Shown here: positions 39,932 through 52,002 of the stretch, in pieces
Layout of the letters: each line of letters begins with the position of its first letter
Position numbering within the stretch: the stretch's first letter is position 1
NCBI GenBank assembly: GCA_030390025.1
Contig: CM059433.1
Location: forward strand, 21,950,001-22,014,000
From: Squalus acanthias
Taxonomy: Eukaryota
DNA length: 64,000 nt
Direction of reading: 5' to 3'
The notes under the pieces: model-generated
Databases searched by the model: none
What the model was told of the DNA's origin: nothing
What the model saw: the letters and a program-made list of their open reading frames with translations, nothing else
Program-made: the position numbers and the translations under genes

Positions 39932-41559
39932 AATGAAATCAGTATTTGTAGGGAAATGGTGTTCGGGAAATTGACGGGATTGAAGGCCGATAAATCCCCA
40001 GGGCCTGATAATCTACATCTTAGGGTACTTAAGGAAGTGGCCCTAGAAATAGCAGATGCATTGCTGGTCATCTTCCAAAATTCTGTAGACTCTTCAACAG
40101 TTCCCAGGGATTGGAGGGTAGCTAATGTAACCCCACGATTTAAAAACGGTGGGAGAGAGAAAACGGGGAATTATAGGCCTGACATCGGTAGTGGGGAAAA
40201 TGCTAGAGTCCATTATAAAAGATGTAATAGCAGAGCACTTGGAAAACAGTGACAGGATCGGACAAAGTCAACATGGATTTACAAAAGGTAAATTATGCTT
40301 GACTAATCTACTGGAATTTTTTGAGGATGTAACTGGTAGAATAGATAAGGGAGAACCAGTGGATGTGGTGTATTTGGACTTTCAGAAGGCTTTCGATAAG
40401 GTCCCACATAAGAGATTGGCATGCAAAGTTAAAGCACATGGGATTGGGGGCAAGATATTGACTTGGATAGAGAACTGGTTGGCAGACAGGAAGCAAAGAG
40501 TTGGAATAAACGAGTCTTTTTCCGAGTGGCAGGCAGTGACTAGTGGGGTACCGCAGGGATTGGTGCTAGGACCCCAGTTATTCTCAATATATATTAATGA
40601 TCTAGATGATGGAACTAGATGTAATATCTCCAAGTTTGCAGATGACACAAAGCTGGGTGGGCGTGTGTGTTGTGAGGAGGATGCAGAGAAACTCCAGTAT
40701 GATTTGGACAAGTTGGGTGATTGGGCAGATGCATGGCAGATGCAGTATAATGTGGATAAATACGAGGTTATCCACTTTGGTGGCAAAAACAGGAAGGCAG
40801 ATTATTATCTGAACGGCATTAGATTGGGAAAAGGGGAAGTGCAACGAGACCTGGGAGTCCTTGTGCACCAGTCGTTGAAGGTAAGCATGCAGGTGCAGCA
40901 GGCGGTTAAGAAGGCAAATGGTATGTTGGCCTTCATAGCGAGAGGATTTGAGTACAGGAGCAAGGATGTCTTGCTGCAGTTGTACAGGGCCTTGGTGAGA
41001 CCACACCTTGAGTATTGTGTGCAGTTTTGGTCGCCTTATCTGAGGAAGAATGTTCTTGCCATGGAGGGAGTGCAGCGAAGATTCACCAGACTGATGCCTG
41101 GGATGGCAGGAATGACGTATGAAGAGAGATTGGGTCGATTAGGCTTATATTCGCTAGAGTTTAGAAGAATGAGAGGTGATCTCATTGAAACTTATAAAAT
41201 TCTAACAGGACTAGACAGATTAGATGCAGGAAGAATGTTCCCGATGGCGGGGGAGTCCAGAACCAGGGGTCACAGTCTAAGGATAAGGGGTAAGCCATTT
41301 AGGACTGAGATGAGGAGGAATTCCTTCACCCAGAGAGTGGTGAACCTGTGGAATTCTCTACCACAGAAGGCAGTTGAGGCCAATTCATTAAATATATTCA
41401 AGAAGGAGATAGATATATTTCTTAAGGCTAAAGGGATCAAGGGATATGGGGAGAAAGCAGGGACAGGCTACTGAATTTGGATGATCAGCCATGATCTCAT
41501 TAAATGGCGGAGCAGGCTCGAGGGGCCGATTGGCCTACTCCTGCTCCTATCTTCTATGT
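39932..41559 (+). mobile_element. Young CR1 LINE, 5'-truncated, with long open RT frame
   Basis: 441-aa ORF 40149-41474 with QHGF, YLDFQKAFDKVPH, GVPQG, KFADDTK and HLEYCVQFWSP. One frameshift near 40178. Complete 3' UTR. Confidence 0.97.
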
Positions 41560-41754
41560 AATATATATTTAGAGATTTAAAATAAAATTACAAGCCTGAT
41601 TTTAACCCTGGTGGAAACGGGCCAGGCAGGGGGTGAAAATGATGGTCCTGTTGTGTTCCCAACACATTCGTGCCCGTCGCCATTTTAACCACATTGATTT
41701 CTTATCCAGGAGAGGCATCTGTCACAGGCAGGGAGGGGCCTCATTAAACTGTAC

Positions 41755-42455
41755 GGGCTGGATTTTGTCTTGGGGTCGGGTTGGGGTCATGTCATCCGCA
41801 TTTCGTGTTCCCCCCCGACTCCAGATTAATGTGGATGAATGATGCAATTTTCACTTAATTGGGCAATTGAGTTTCAGCATGTGGGAACCCATGAACTAAT
41901 TAGTGCTTTCAGTCTGAAAGTCGCCTCTGATGATGTCATGAGAGAGGACCTGCCTGGCTTTTGCTGTGAGTGGACCTGGATGCAAAATTGATATGAGAGA
42001 GAGAGAGAGAGAGTGAGAGATAATTTTTTTGCATCCAAGTCCTCTCACAGCAAAGGCCAGGCAGTCTCTGAACACATTCCTAATACTACTACTACTACCT
42101 TCATCACATCTCCATTGCAATAGTGGACCTGCAGCTGATAGTCAGCTATCCACTTGTGCTCCCGCCAGGTTTCACTGGAGTGTTTCACACCAGGCATACT
42201 TCACGTCAGAAAAGGGTTAAACTAGCTAAAACGTTTCAAAATGGCATTACAGAGCCAATTTAGGGCTTGTTAAGGGCTTTAATGGCCTCTCCCGCCTCTT
42301 GGAGGCGGGACGGAGTCGGGAACACCGCGACTGATTTTGTCAAAATTGCGTGGAGGCGGGATGGAGTCGGGATGGGGTTGGGACCGCCGACCCCGCAAAT
42401 TTAACCCCCCACACGCCTCCAAACCCGACTCCATGGGTCATTCAAAATCCAGCCC
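41755..42455. mobile_element. Nested Harbinger-type MITE (701 bp), inverted twin of 16394-17201
   Basis: TIR gggctggatttt / aaaatccagccc with flanks TAC/TAT. Confidence 0.88.
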
Positions 42456-42754
42456 TATGAGTCGCACTCCGGTGATGTCATCCAGACCCCATGCAATTTT
42501 AACTGAAAGACGTGGAATTTTTACCCAGTCCCGGGCCCAGCAGTAAAATCTGGCGGGATTGGTGTGAGTGCGCCTGAGGCTGTATATAAAGGGGCTCACA
42601 GCTGCAGACCGGGGATCAGAGGATCTTTTTTCTGTCTGGTTTGCCAAGAAAGTTTCCAGCTTTCAGATCGTTTCCTTCACACGTTTTCGGCTTTATTACC
42701 CTCAGTGAGCTTTATTTGCTTATTGTGAGTGCAGTCATTGCAACTTTCTTCTGG

Positions 42755-43700
42755 ATGGAGGAACACTTGGAGGAGGAGGAGCAGCCTCAACGACCAGCAC
42801 CAGCAACAGCTGGACATCTGAAAAGACAACAGGTGAGGTGGGCTGCTTGTAGGAGCACAGACCCAGCACACAAGATCTATCGGCCCAGAGTCACTTTCTT
42901 GGACCTAGCTGAGGAACAGTGCAGGAGGAGCCTGCATTTCTCCAGGCAGGTGGTCTTAGACCTTTGCAGCCTCCTGAAACAGAACCTGCTGCCTGCTGGA
43001 CCAGGGGGCCATGCTTTGTCAGTGAATCTCAAAGTCACCACAGCCCTTAACTTCTTCACCACTGGCTCCTTCCAGTCTGCTATCGAGGACATCGGCAGCA
43101 TATCAAAGTCTGCAGTACACAGCTGCATTAAGCAGGTCATCAACGCCCTGTTTGCCAGGGCTAAGCAGTATATCTCCTTCCCCATTGATCTCAGCAGTCA
43201 ATAGGAGAGAGCTCGGGGATTTGCAACAGTGGTCGGCTTCCCTCACCTGCAGGGCGTCATTGGCTGCACACCTGTTACATTATCTTGAGAGAGCCTACAA
43301 TTCCCCCCAATATACGGCCCTGGGAGGAACGCGACAAGATGGCTGATCGGGGACTTGTGGACATGGCTAATAACAAACTCATGACACCTGAACAACACAG
43401 GTATAACTGAGTCTGGGGGGTCCACCAGGATCATTATAGAACACGCCATAGGTTGCTGGAGCAGAGGTTCAGGTGTCTCGACCGGTCGCTGGGGCTCCCT
43501 ACCTACAATATGCTTCAGCTAGGGTTTCCAACAGCGAGGCCTGCATTTGGAAGAGGCAGAGCAGCAACAGCAGCAGCAGTAGTCCTCATCAGATGATGCA
43601 GGCCTGGGGGAAGGAGAGGAAGCAGCAGAGGAAGGAGGACCAGCTCAACACCATACAGCCAGAGGTGTCAGGAATCAGCTCATAGCTCAGCGATTCCGCT
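42755..43700 (+). pseudogene. HARBI1-like Harbinger DDE transposase, disabled
   Basis: Reads IYRPRVTFLDLAEEQCRRSLHFSRQVV...KVTTALNFFTTGSFQ...YISFP*ERARGFATVVGFPHLQGVIGCT (catalytic D of IDCTH is G here). After an internal deletion it resumes with WLIGD, TRIIIEHAIG and QRFRCLDRS. Confidence 0.88.
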
Positions 43701-44099
43701 GACCTCCGCACACTCCTGCCCTGAGAACGTACAGAGTCCTTCTGCACAGCAGTCCTTGTGACATCCTTCACCACTCCCTTCATCCTACATTGAAGAGCAT
43801 TTAAACTATTCAGATAACTTCAATATCAATGACATACTGACAGAGCAGAATAAAAAACTGCTACTAAACCACACCGCAGACCAAAGCACCAGATGTGATG
43901 AAGGTGATCAATTTAATGCCAAACATAATAATTGCCTTCCTCACATTCGTTTCTCACCCAGGTGATCAATCTATGGTGGCTTTCTTTAAAGAAGGTTTAC
44001 TAACTCTACTACTCCTATGAGTTGGTCCCGTAGTGGTCTCTGCAAAGCTGGTGGAAGTCTGCTGTTCCTCATATTAGGAACTTTGAGATGCTCATGGCC

Positions 44100-44800
44100 G
44101 GTGACTTCAGGGTGCTCGATCATGTGAAGACCCAGCCGTAGTTTGTGGCACCTTGGCTGCTGCCTGGGAAGTCTGGTCCAGCTGACTTTCTAACAGCATG
44201 ACAGGTATTGGTTGAGGGGATCGGTGAACGAGCAAACGTGCTGACATCCTGAGAGAAGGCAATACATACTGCTCCCATTGCCCCACCATTGCCCCACTGC
44301 CACCCCTGTGGGGGTGGGCCTCAGAGATTCCACTGATCAGCGGGAGAGCAGACTGCACAAGATGAGTGACTACTTGAAAGCCGCTATCCACGTGGTTCAC
44401 CAATCTGTCTCCAGTGCGGAGGCCAGAGCCAGCTGGGCAGCTGTCTGAGCTTTCACCAAAGTTGCAAAGTGCGCAAATATGGACTCCCGTTGAGAAAGCC
44501 CAGTTACAGCATCTCTGGAGGTGACCACACTTTCCAGGGTAGATTTTAGAGTGGTGATGCCATGCGAGATGACACCACATAGGCTGGAAACGGACTCCTC
44601 CACACTCTCAGCCATAGTGCGGAAACTCCTTGGCAGGCCTTCCAGTACCTTATATAACTGCTTGTGTGAGGCCAGCAATTTTCTTCTCATGGCTGGACCC
44701 TTGAATTCCCTATCTCTGTGCTCCACAGCAGAGCTCGCAGAGGACCTCGCCTTTCAGCGGCCTGTCTCCTAGGCTGGCCCTGCCGCCTTTACCTGCTGCT
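44100..44800 (-). pseudogene. Probable C-terminal part of the Harbinger second (Myb/SANT) gene
   Basis: Helical ORF 44397-44726 (RRKLLASHKQLYKVLEGLPRSFRTMAESVEES) convergent with the transposase, the usual Harbinger layout. The Myb domain itself is not present. Confidence 0.55.
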
Positions 44801-45464
44801 GTCTCTTAGTTTTTATTCCTTGAATATTTCATTGTTCATTTTCTTTTTTAATCGTGGTTTTCTTTTTAATTGGTCTCTGCATAGTGTTCCTTGATAAATA
44901 TTCAGTCCCCTCATATCCAAAAGAAAGACTGGGTTAAATCATAGCATGAAAAACCATATACAGATATAACCACGTCAGTGTTGTCTGAATGGGTCATAAT
45001 CAGGTTTCAGTACTTCTCTACAAGTGTCTGATTGTCTTGTGAATGTTGTCAGTATTGATGAAGAATCCACTTATTTTCATTATTCAAAGTGAAATTCAAG
45101 TTTCAGTTTCTAATATACCAATGTTCCCAACGTTTAATAAGAATCTGATTGCATATAATGGCTGAAATTCTCTTTACCCATGCTGCATGACATAATGTAG
45201 GTCACTTTTTGTAATTTCTCTCTTTTCCTCCACTCTGAAATTGGTGATGTCTTTTGACCTATGGGGGGAGGATTTCCTCTGTGTATAGGACGTCTCTGCC
45301 TTTGGTTCCATGGATACTTGTATTGCTCCTGTACCTCATCCGATTGATCCATTTCATGTGTGAACCTCTACAGTAACTGTAGGCGCACCATTTGATTATG
45401 AAAGCCTCATAGCCGAGCTTAACTCTTTCCCCACCCAATATCCATATATGTATTTTTAAAATTA

Positions 45465-45945
45465 ATTCACAGGATGTGGGTGCCGCTGGCAAGGCCAGCA
45501 TTTATTGCCCATCCCTAATTGCCCTTGAGAAGGTGGTGGTGAGCCGCCTGCTTGAACCGCTGCAGTCCATGTGGTGAAGGTACACCACAGTGCTGTTTTG
45601 GAGGGAGTTCCAGGATTTTGACCCAGTGACGATGAAGTAATGGCGATATATTTCCAAGTCAGGATGGTGTGTGACTTGGAGGGGAACTTGGAGGTGGTGG
45701 TGTTCCCATGTGCCTGCTGCCCTTGTCCTTCTAGGTGGTAGAGATTGCTGGTTTGGGAGGTGCTGTCGAAGACTTGGCTTCAGTGCATCTTGTAGATGGT
45801 ACACACTGTAGACACAGTATGCCGATGGTGGAGGGAGTGAATGTTTAAGGTGTTGGATTGGGTTTCAATCAAGTGGGCTGCTTTGTCCTGGATGGTGTCG
45901 AGCTGCTTTAGTGTTGTTGGAGCTGCACTCATCCAGCCAAATGGA
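45465..45945 (-). mobile_element. CR1/L2-group LINE 3' fragment (distinct family)
   Basis: Encodes WMSAAPTTLKQLDTIQDKAAHLI...IHSLHHRHTV..IYKMH and FIVTGSKSWNSL. Tail ...gggcaataaatgctggccttgccagcggcacccacatcc. Confidence 0.8.
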
Positions 45946-45999
45946 TGACACATATGGATATTGAAGGGTAGCAGAAATTCTGAGCAATATTTCACCTCC

Positions 46000-46140
46000 C
46001 TTGGCTACTGAAGCCAATTTTGGAATTCCACCACCATATGGCTAAAATCGATTAATGCAGCAGCTATTAGCGATTGAACCTGGGTGTTCCTGGTCTATGT
46101 GGCGCAGTAACACCTTATGGTACATTGAACCAGTGAGCTG
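46000..46140 (-). mobile_element. Head of a tRNA-derived SINE (family of 50625-51055)
   Basis: Minus strand reads ...gccacatagaccaggaacacccaggttcaatc..., similar to the 50625 element head. Confidence 0.5.
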
Positions 46141-46954
46141 TTGACAAGCAATGGGTGAAGTTATTTTATAATTTTATAGAGCAGGTTTACTTATGCTAAG
46201 GAATGCAAGTAGGACTTCTTGCCATTTTAACCAGAATTCTGCTGATTGGTTGGATGCACCATTCCATGAAGCCCCTTACCACATTCAGAGGTTAGTTCAG
46301 ATGTCACAGGCACAATACTACTAAATGCCTTCTCAACTAAATTGCAGAGATCACATACATGTTCCATCAGAAATCGGGTGCTCGTCAGTAAATGTCAAAG
46401 TGTGTGTTATTGTAATTTTTTTAACCTATATTTGTAGTTGCAGCTCTTGGGGCAAATTACATGAAGCTTATTAAAGGAATGTGTAGAACGGTGGCGTGAA
46501 TTGTGACAGTTTGTGCCTGTGTCAAACTAAGGGCTATTTTTAATAGAACAAGTCAATCTAAATCCCAAATTTCCTGGTTGGTCAATAATTAAGCACTCCA
46601 CGCCCACCCTTCCCCTCCCCCCCACCCCCGCAAGAAAATTGGCTTGTCTGGATTCCTGAGAATGCTGACATGAGAGACGGGCACCACTGAACCAAGAAGG
46701 TATCTTACGGGAGACTCAAATTTGTAATGGGACTAATTCGACCCCTTTAGGTTTTCAATGTGGTTCAGACCTCTCTCCTGACAATCTGTCCTGTCAGTCT
46801 GATTGATGTGTTGATATCATCATCTTATATGGCAAGACTTAAAAATGGCCACAAAAAATCTCGCCATAAATCTTGACTTTGTCGAACTAATGATATGTGT
46901 TGAATCTAAGAGTAATGGAGCACCTTTTATTTGTGTTTTTTTTCTTCCTCATAG

Positions 46955-47149
46955 CTGTGTCATGTCCTGCGATTGAGACTGTTCTTTCGAATGAAGTTGT
47001 CAGGCGGCTCGTTCATGGATCAGCGAATGAATATGGAACCGAATACATGTTGAGCTGTAAACCTGGTTATTTCTTAACTGGCCACAAGGTCATACAGTGT
47101 CAGGCTAATGGCACATGGAGCGGACCCAATGAAAAAGCAAGTTGCAAAA
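46955..47149 (+). CDS. CSMD1: CSMD1 internal exon, Sushi domain (195 nt, phase 1-1)
   Basis: Acceptor ttttcttcctcatag|, donor |gtaaga. Translates (S)VSCPAIETVLSNEVVRRLVHGSANEYGTEYMLSCKPGYFLTGHKVIQCQANGTWSGPNEKASCK, in frame with the flanking exons. Confidence 0.95.
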
Positions 47150-47469
47150 GTAAGAACAAGATCTTTTGATTTCTTTCTTAAATGATTGCATAAATGGATA
47201 TTAATATTGTATATATGCCAGAACCGGCATTAATGATCGCTTGTAAGCAATCACCTGCTTTAATTGTTACTTTCCCATGGTCACAATGATTTTCTATTTT
47301 ATGTGAATTGAACTGAGATCTCTGTGAAGCATATAACTGCCAATTTTATGATAATAGAGGTTTTCGTCATTTAAAATGCATGACTTGGCATAAGCTCAGT
47401 GCATAAACAGGAATTAAATGAATGTCTCATACGCATGCAATTTATGTATGCCAAAGCCAAAGGATGTCA

Positions 47470-48120
47470 AGGCCTTGAGCAGGAGCAGAGGAGATTTACT
47501 AGAATGATACAAGGGATGAATGACTTCAGTTATGTGGAGAGACTAGAGAAGCTGGGTTTATTATCTGGGTTTAAGGGGAGATTTAATAGAGGTGTTCAAA
47601 ATTATGAAGGGTTTTGGTAGAGTAAATAAGGAGAAACTGTTTCCATTGGCAGAAGGGGTGATAAGGAGAATTTTTTTTACACAGCGAGTTGTTATGATCT
47701 GGACTACATTACTTGAGAGGGTGGTGGAAGCAGATTCAGTAATAACTTTCAATTAGATTTCCCCATAGACCTGCAATATTTTCCTTTTCAAGTATATATC
47801 CAATTCACCATCAGCCATCCCCCCCATACAAACACCCCCCCCGCCCCCGGGATCGGACCCATCCCCTGGGGTCAGAGATTGGACCCCCAAGTGATCGGAC
47901 CAGCCCCAGGGATCAGGAATCTTGGGGGGTCCAATCACTGGGGGGAGTCCGATCACTTACCCAGGGGGTGGTCTGATCCCGGGGTGGTGGGGTGGGGGGG
48001 GGGGGTGGTGTTTGTATGGGGGGGGTGGGGAATTGGATATAGACTTGAAAAGGAAAATATTGCAGGTCTATGGGGAAAGAGCAGGGGTGTAGGACTAATT
48101 GGATAGCTCATACAGCATAG
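47470..48120 (+). mobile_element. CR1 3' fragment containing a foldback inverted duplication
   Basis: Encodes RRFTRMIQGMNDFSYVERLEKLGL. Segment 47758-47870 is the reverse complement of ~47960-48078. Confidence 0.8.
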
Positions 48121-48169
48121 AAGGAGGCCATTCAGCCCATTGTGCCTGTGCTGGCTGTTTGATTCTATG

Positions 48170-49408
48170 GGGGGAATTTTAAATTTTTGACTCACCGGGA
48201 GTGGGGGAGGGGGGCCTGGTCGAGCGTGGGGACCCCGGAAGTCCGGGTTTCCCTGCACACTGTGGAGTTTGCGTGCGTCTGACGTCACGGACAGATTCCC
48301 TACCAGAAATCAGTCTGATTGACAGTCGTGGCTTCCAGTCGGGCAGGGAACACTGGAAAAGAGGCCGCTGGACTAAATAGGTTCAATCCCTGACCCCGGG
48401 GGTACGATCCCTGGCGGGGTTCCCTCCCCGATCCCAGGTGGTGGGTCCGATCCCTGACCCCAGGGGGTGGTCCGATCACTTGTGGGGGGCGGGGGGGGGG
48501 GCGTCGATCCCTGACCCCAGGAGGTGGGGTCCAATCACTGGGGGGTCCAATTCCTGACCCCGGGAGGGGGGGTCCGATCACTGGCGGTGGGGGGTTTGAT
48601 CCCTGACCCCGGGAGGGCGGGGTCCGATCACTGGCGGGGGGGTTTGATCCCTGACCCCGGGAGGGCGGGGTCCGATCACTGGTGGGGGGGGGTTTGATCC
48701 CTGACCCCGGAAGGGGCGGGGGCTGATCACAGGGGGTGGGTTTGATCCCTGACCCCGGGAGGGGGGCCCGATTCCTGACCCCGGGGGGGGATCCGATCAC
48801 TTGGGGGGTGGTGTTTGTATGGGGTGTGGGGGGCTGATGGTGGGAGAACTTGGGAAGCTGGGAGGAAGAATTCCTATTCCTTTCAGCCCACAGGGAATGC
48901 TTCCTGAGGCTGTCCTTGCCTCGCTGCAGCTGCCTGGGTTCCCCAAGCCTGGGAAACACGGACGGCCGCAGTAAAACCTGCAAAGCAGGTTAAATCTGAG
49001 GCTTCCAGCCTCATTATCAAAATTAAAGTGCCAACTCGTCTCCTGGGAGCAGGTTGGCTGCCTGCCCTTTGTCCCACCTGAGTAAAAGCCAGAAGTCGGC
49101 GGATTGGAGCCGGCTTCCCGACACTTTTCCAATTATTCCCCATTTAACCCCCCACCGAACCCATTGACGTAAGAAAACTACTAGGCACTTGGTCTAAGTG
49201 TTAAACAAAGCTTTAATCAACTGTTTTACAACATGGAGGTCTAGTTGTGGCCTTTTATTAGTTCCTGTTAAGAATGTCCTGCGCAAGCTGGGCCCGTGCC
49301 CGAGTATTTATACTCTCCCTGGACAGCGCCACCCGCAGGCCACTCAGTATTATTTCATAAGTCATGAATGACAGATTCATGTCACCCACCTCTGTTAAAA
49401 TTCCCCCC
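48170..49408. mobile_element. Harbinger-type MITE with G-rich minisatellite and nested solo LTR
   Basis: TIR gggggaattttaa / ttaaaattccccc with ATG at both junctions, inside a gattctat CR1-type tail repeat. Tandem unit gatccctgaccccgggagggcggggtccgatcactgg... at ~48380-48800. Confidence 0.8.
49165..49384 (-). mobile_element. Solo LTR (220 bp), copy 2
   Basis: TG...CA termini, 5-bp flanks CCCAT/CCCAC, near-identical to 28793-29021. Confidence 0.85.
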
Positions 49409-49774
49409 ATGATTCTATGAAAGCGACCTCTAAAGAGAGATTTGCCATTGCAAGTGAAATCTTTCAGAAATTTGATCAAAGAGCACCCGTTTTTCAGGTG
49501 ACAAATGTCCTCCTGAGCCTCCATTATAGCGGGCAGGAAGCGCATGCTTATTACGAACTGGCAATGTCCACCATATTGGTGCAGGCAACTCAGCTGACAT
49601 CAGGCCTGCCCGACAGAATAAAGTAAAAAGCTGAATCAGTTATCTAAACTCAGGTCCTGCGCTTCTTACAGGACCTGTTTCTGATTCTGGTAAGTCATAG
49701 CACCTGACTCGCCACGTGCGGAACTCACCCAGCAGCACGTGGCGCTAATTGGCAGGAAGGATCCCTCACCAAGG

Positions 49775-50075
49775 ATCCAAAAATGTGCGGGTTAGGTTGA
49801 TTTGGCTATGATAAATTGACCCTTAGTGTTAGGGGGGGATTAAATATGTGGGGTTACGGGGATAGGATGGGATATGTTAGGGGGAATTAAATACGTGGGG
49901 TTACGGGGATAGGGTGGGATATGTGTCGGTGCAGACTCGATGGGGATTCTGTGTGGGAAAGCAGGGACAGGGTACTGGATTTGGATGATCAGCCATGATC
50001 GTATTGAATGGTGGAGCAGGCTCGACGGGCCGAATGGCCTACTCCTGCTCCTAGTTTCTATGTTTCTATGTTTCT
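49775..50075 (+). mobile_element. HE1/V-SINE-like fragment joined to a CR1 3' tail
   Basis: V-domain-like atgtgcgggttaggttgatttggctatgataaattgacccttagtgt, an internal tandem duplication of ggggttacggggatagg, then a CR1 tail ending ttctatgtttctatgtttcta. Confidence 0.7.
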
Positions 50076-50266
50076 ACCAGCGCTATTTAAAGGCATCATG
50101 CAGAACTTACAACTTAGTTGCAGGTTTGTTATTTCCGGCTGCTGTTTAACTTCTAGCCGTTTCTTGGCGTGGTTTATCCTCTGGAAAGTTCAATTTGTCT
50201 AAAGAGAGCAAGATTTTGCTGGTGTTGCCCTGTTGTTGGTGCCTCAGAGATAGTTTGACGGCAGTC

Positions 50267-50500
50267 ATGGGTGGACTGGTAGGGCTGCCTTTGGGGCTGG
50301 AGGAGGAGGGGGAGCTGCACAGAAGACAGCAGAGAGCAGGAGCAGCTGCCGGAAGAGGGAGGAGGAGAGAACTGTGCAGGAGTCTTACACCCACAGCGGG
50401 TATTCAGGGAGTGCTTTTCCTCCATTAACTTTACTCAGGAGCAATGGCTGAGGCATCTTCGCTTCGCCAAGGAGGCTGTTACGAATATTGTGTGCTGCCT
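50267..50500 (+). pseudogene. N-terminal fragment of a second Harbinger transposase
   Basis: Frameshifted remnant HPQRVFRECFSSINFTQEQWLRHLRFAKEAVTNIVC parallels IYRPRVTFLDLAEEQCRRSLHFSRQVVLDLC at ~42875. Confidence 0.7.
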
Positions 50501-50624
50501 GAGTCAATGCTCACAGGCGGGTGCAGTGCTTGCTCCGCCCCCTACACATCTGTTTCTAGGCCCCTGTTCCTTTCTTGTTTTTTTCAATTTCCCTTCTATC
50601 AAAGATGTTTAAGAATCTTTCTCT

Positions 50625-51055
50625 CCATGGTTTCATGGGTAAATGCACTAAGTGGTGTGCTGCTGAGCCACACAGGCCAGGAAGATCCCAAATTTAATCC
50701 TTGCTCTATGTTAAATGATCTGATATTTGCCTCGGTAACACTGGGGGCATCACAATTGATTTCACCAGTATAAGCTAGTATGGGGAGAATTGGATTAGGA
50801 TTCCTGCTCCTGATTACAATCCAGTGACCCGTGCTGGAAAGTGTGTAGATATGGCTGCTGAGTGAGCTAAGGATCAGTCTCTGATGTGCTGGCCCCACAA
50901 TCAAAACAGCTTGTTGGCATTCACTGTCTTAGCTCCGCATGGAGAATGGTCTCTTGGGTGAGGTTCCTGAGGACTGCTGAGAATCTCCGAACCATGCCCC
51001 AGCAGCAGTCAGCACCTTTCGGGACAGGAGGCTAGGAGAACAGGGAAGAAAATTG
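50625..51055 (+). mobile_element. tRNA-derived SINE, family not named
   Basis: Degenerate A/B-box head, ~430-bp body and purine-rich tail. Related head at 46000-46140. Confidence 0.55.
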
Positions 51056-51377
51056 GTAAAAAGAACTTTTTGATGCAGAAATTTAAATAAATGTACATAT
51101 CCATGACATTTTACAATAAACAGATTTAGGATCTCTTGCTGAGCTTTTCATCTCTGTACATTTGACTGATTTGATAAAAGTCTCCTCTCTCAGTGATAGG
51201 GGTCCGAAGTTTGGGCAGTCACAGATGTCACTGGGTTCCAGCCACACTGACTTTCCTTAACTTCATGAGCACAGAACACCCTATTGTGCAATGTAGTAGT
51301 GGTACCAGAGTTATGAATTTTAGACTATGGACAAAAACTGCATTGTTCCACCATACTGGGGTGTGTGCACAGACGAT

Positions 51378-52002
51378 GGGCCGTATATTCCGATGCCTAC
51401 GGGTGTGTACGGGCTGTGTACACACCCATAGGGACATCGGAAATGCCGGTTTCAGGCATGCAAAGCACATGCGCTGAAAACCGGTATTTCCGATCTGTCA
51501 AAAATGCGTAAGGCCTGCTTTTACCAGCATAAGAGTTGAAAAAAGTTTTTTTTTTTAATTTCACTCATTTATAATTAAAATTTTTTTAAAAAAGGTAAGT
51601 TTATTTTAACCCCGTAAAAAACTTTAATTATTTTTTTCAAAAAATTTAATTTTTGTTTAAAATATTTAATTTTAACTCATTTTAAAAACGTGATTTAAAA
51701 AAACAATTATTTAATGTTTTACAGTGTTTTTGGGGTGATCTCCATTCATATATTTGACAGGTCGATCTGTCAAGTGTATGAAGGGAGATTCCCTTCTGCT
51801 GTTGGCTGGCCTGGCCCACATGATCCCAGGGATGCTTGCGAACTGCCTGCGCCTCTGAGATACGTGGGCCCTGCGCATTTCGAGTTGGAGAGGCCCAGGA
51901 GCGGAAGTGTATGCACCTCGGGAGCCCTCAGGTAAGTCCGTAGATTTTTTCCAGATCGGAGGCCTCCGCACGCAGGAAGCCTCCGATCGGAAAATACGGG
52001 CC
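51378..52002. mobile_element. Harbinger-type MITE with AT-rich core
   Basis: TIR gggccgtatattccga / tcggaaaatacgggcc with TSD GAT/GAT. Confidence 0.82.

Larger units (their letters stand above)
41593..44800. mobile_element. Decayed two-gene PIF/Harbinger transposon
   Basis: Left end gcctgattttaaccc, a nested MITE at 41755-42455, transposase remnant on + and a probable second-gene remnant on -. Right end is truncated. Confidence 0.8.

Noticed and set aside
40149..41474. 441-aa reverse transcriptase ORF as a host gene or novel RT system
   Set aside because: It is an ordinary 5'-truncated CR1 ORF2 with an upstream frameshift, no endonuclease domain and a standard CR1 tail.
42641..43204. Domesticated HARBI1 gene
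   Set aside because: It has a premature stop, a mutated catalytic Asp, an internal deletion and transposon context.
48380..48800. Regular GC-rich repeats as a CRISPR array or Pro-rich gene (ORF 48300-48983)
   Set aside because: There are no unique spacers and no cas genes, and the context is vertebrate. It is a minisatellite inside a MITE, and the ORF is a by-product of low complexity.
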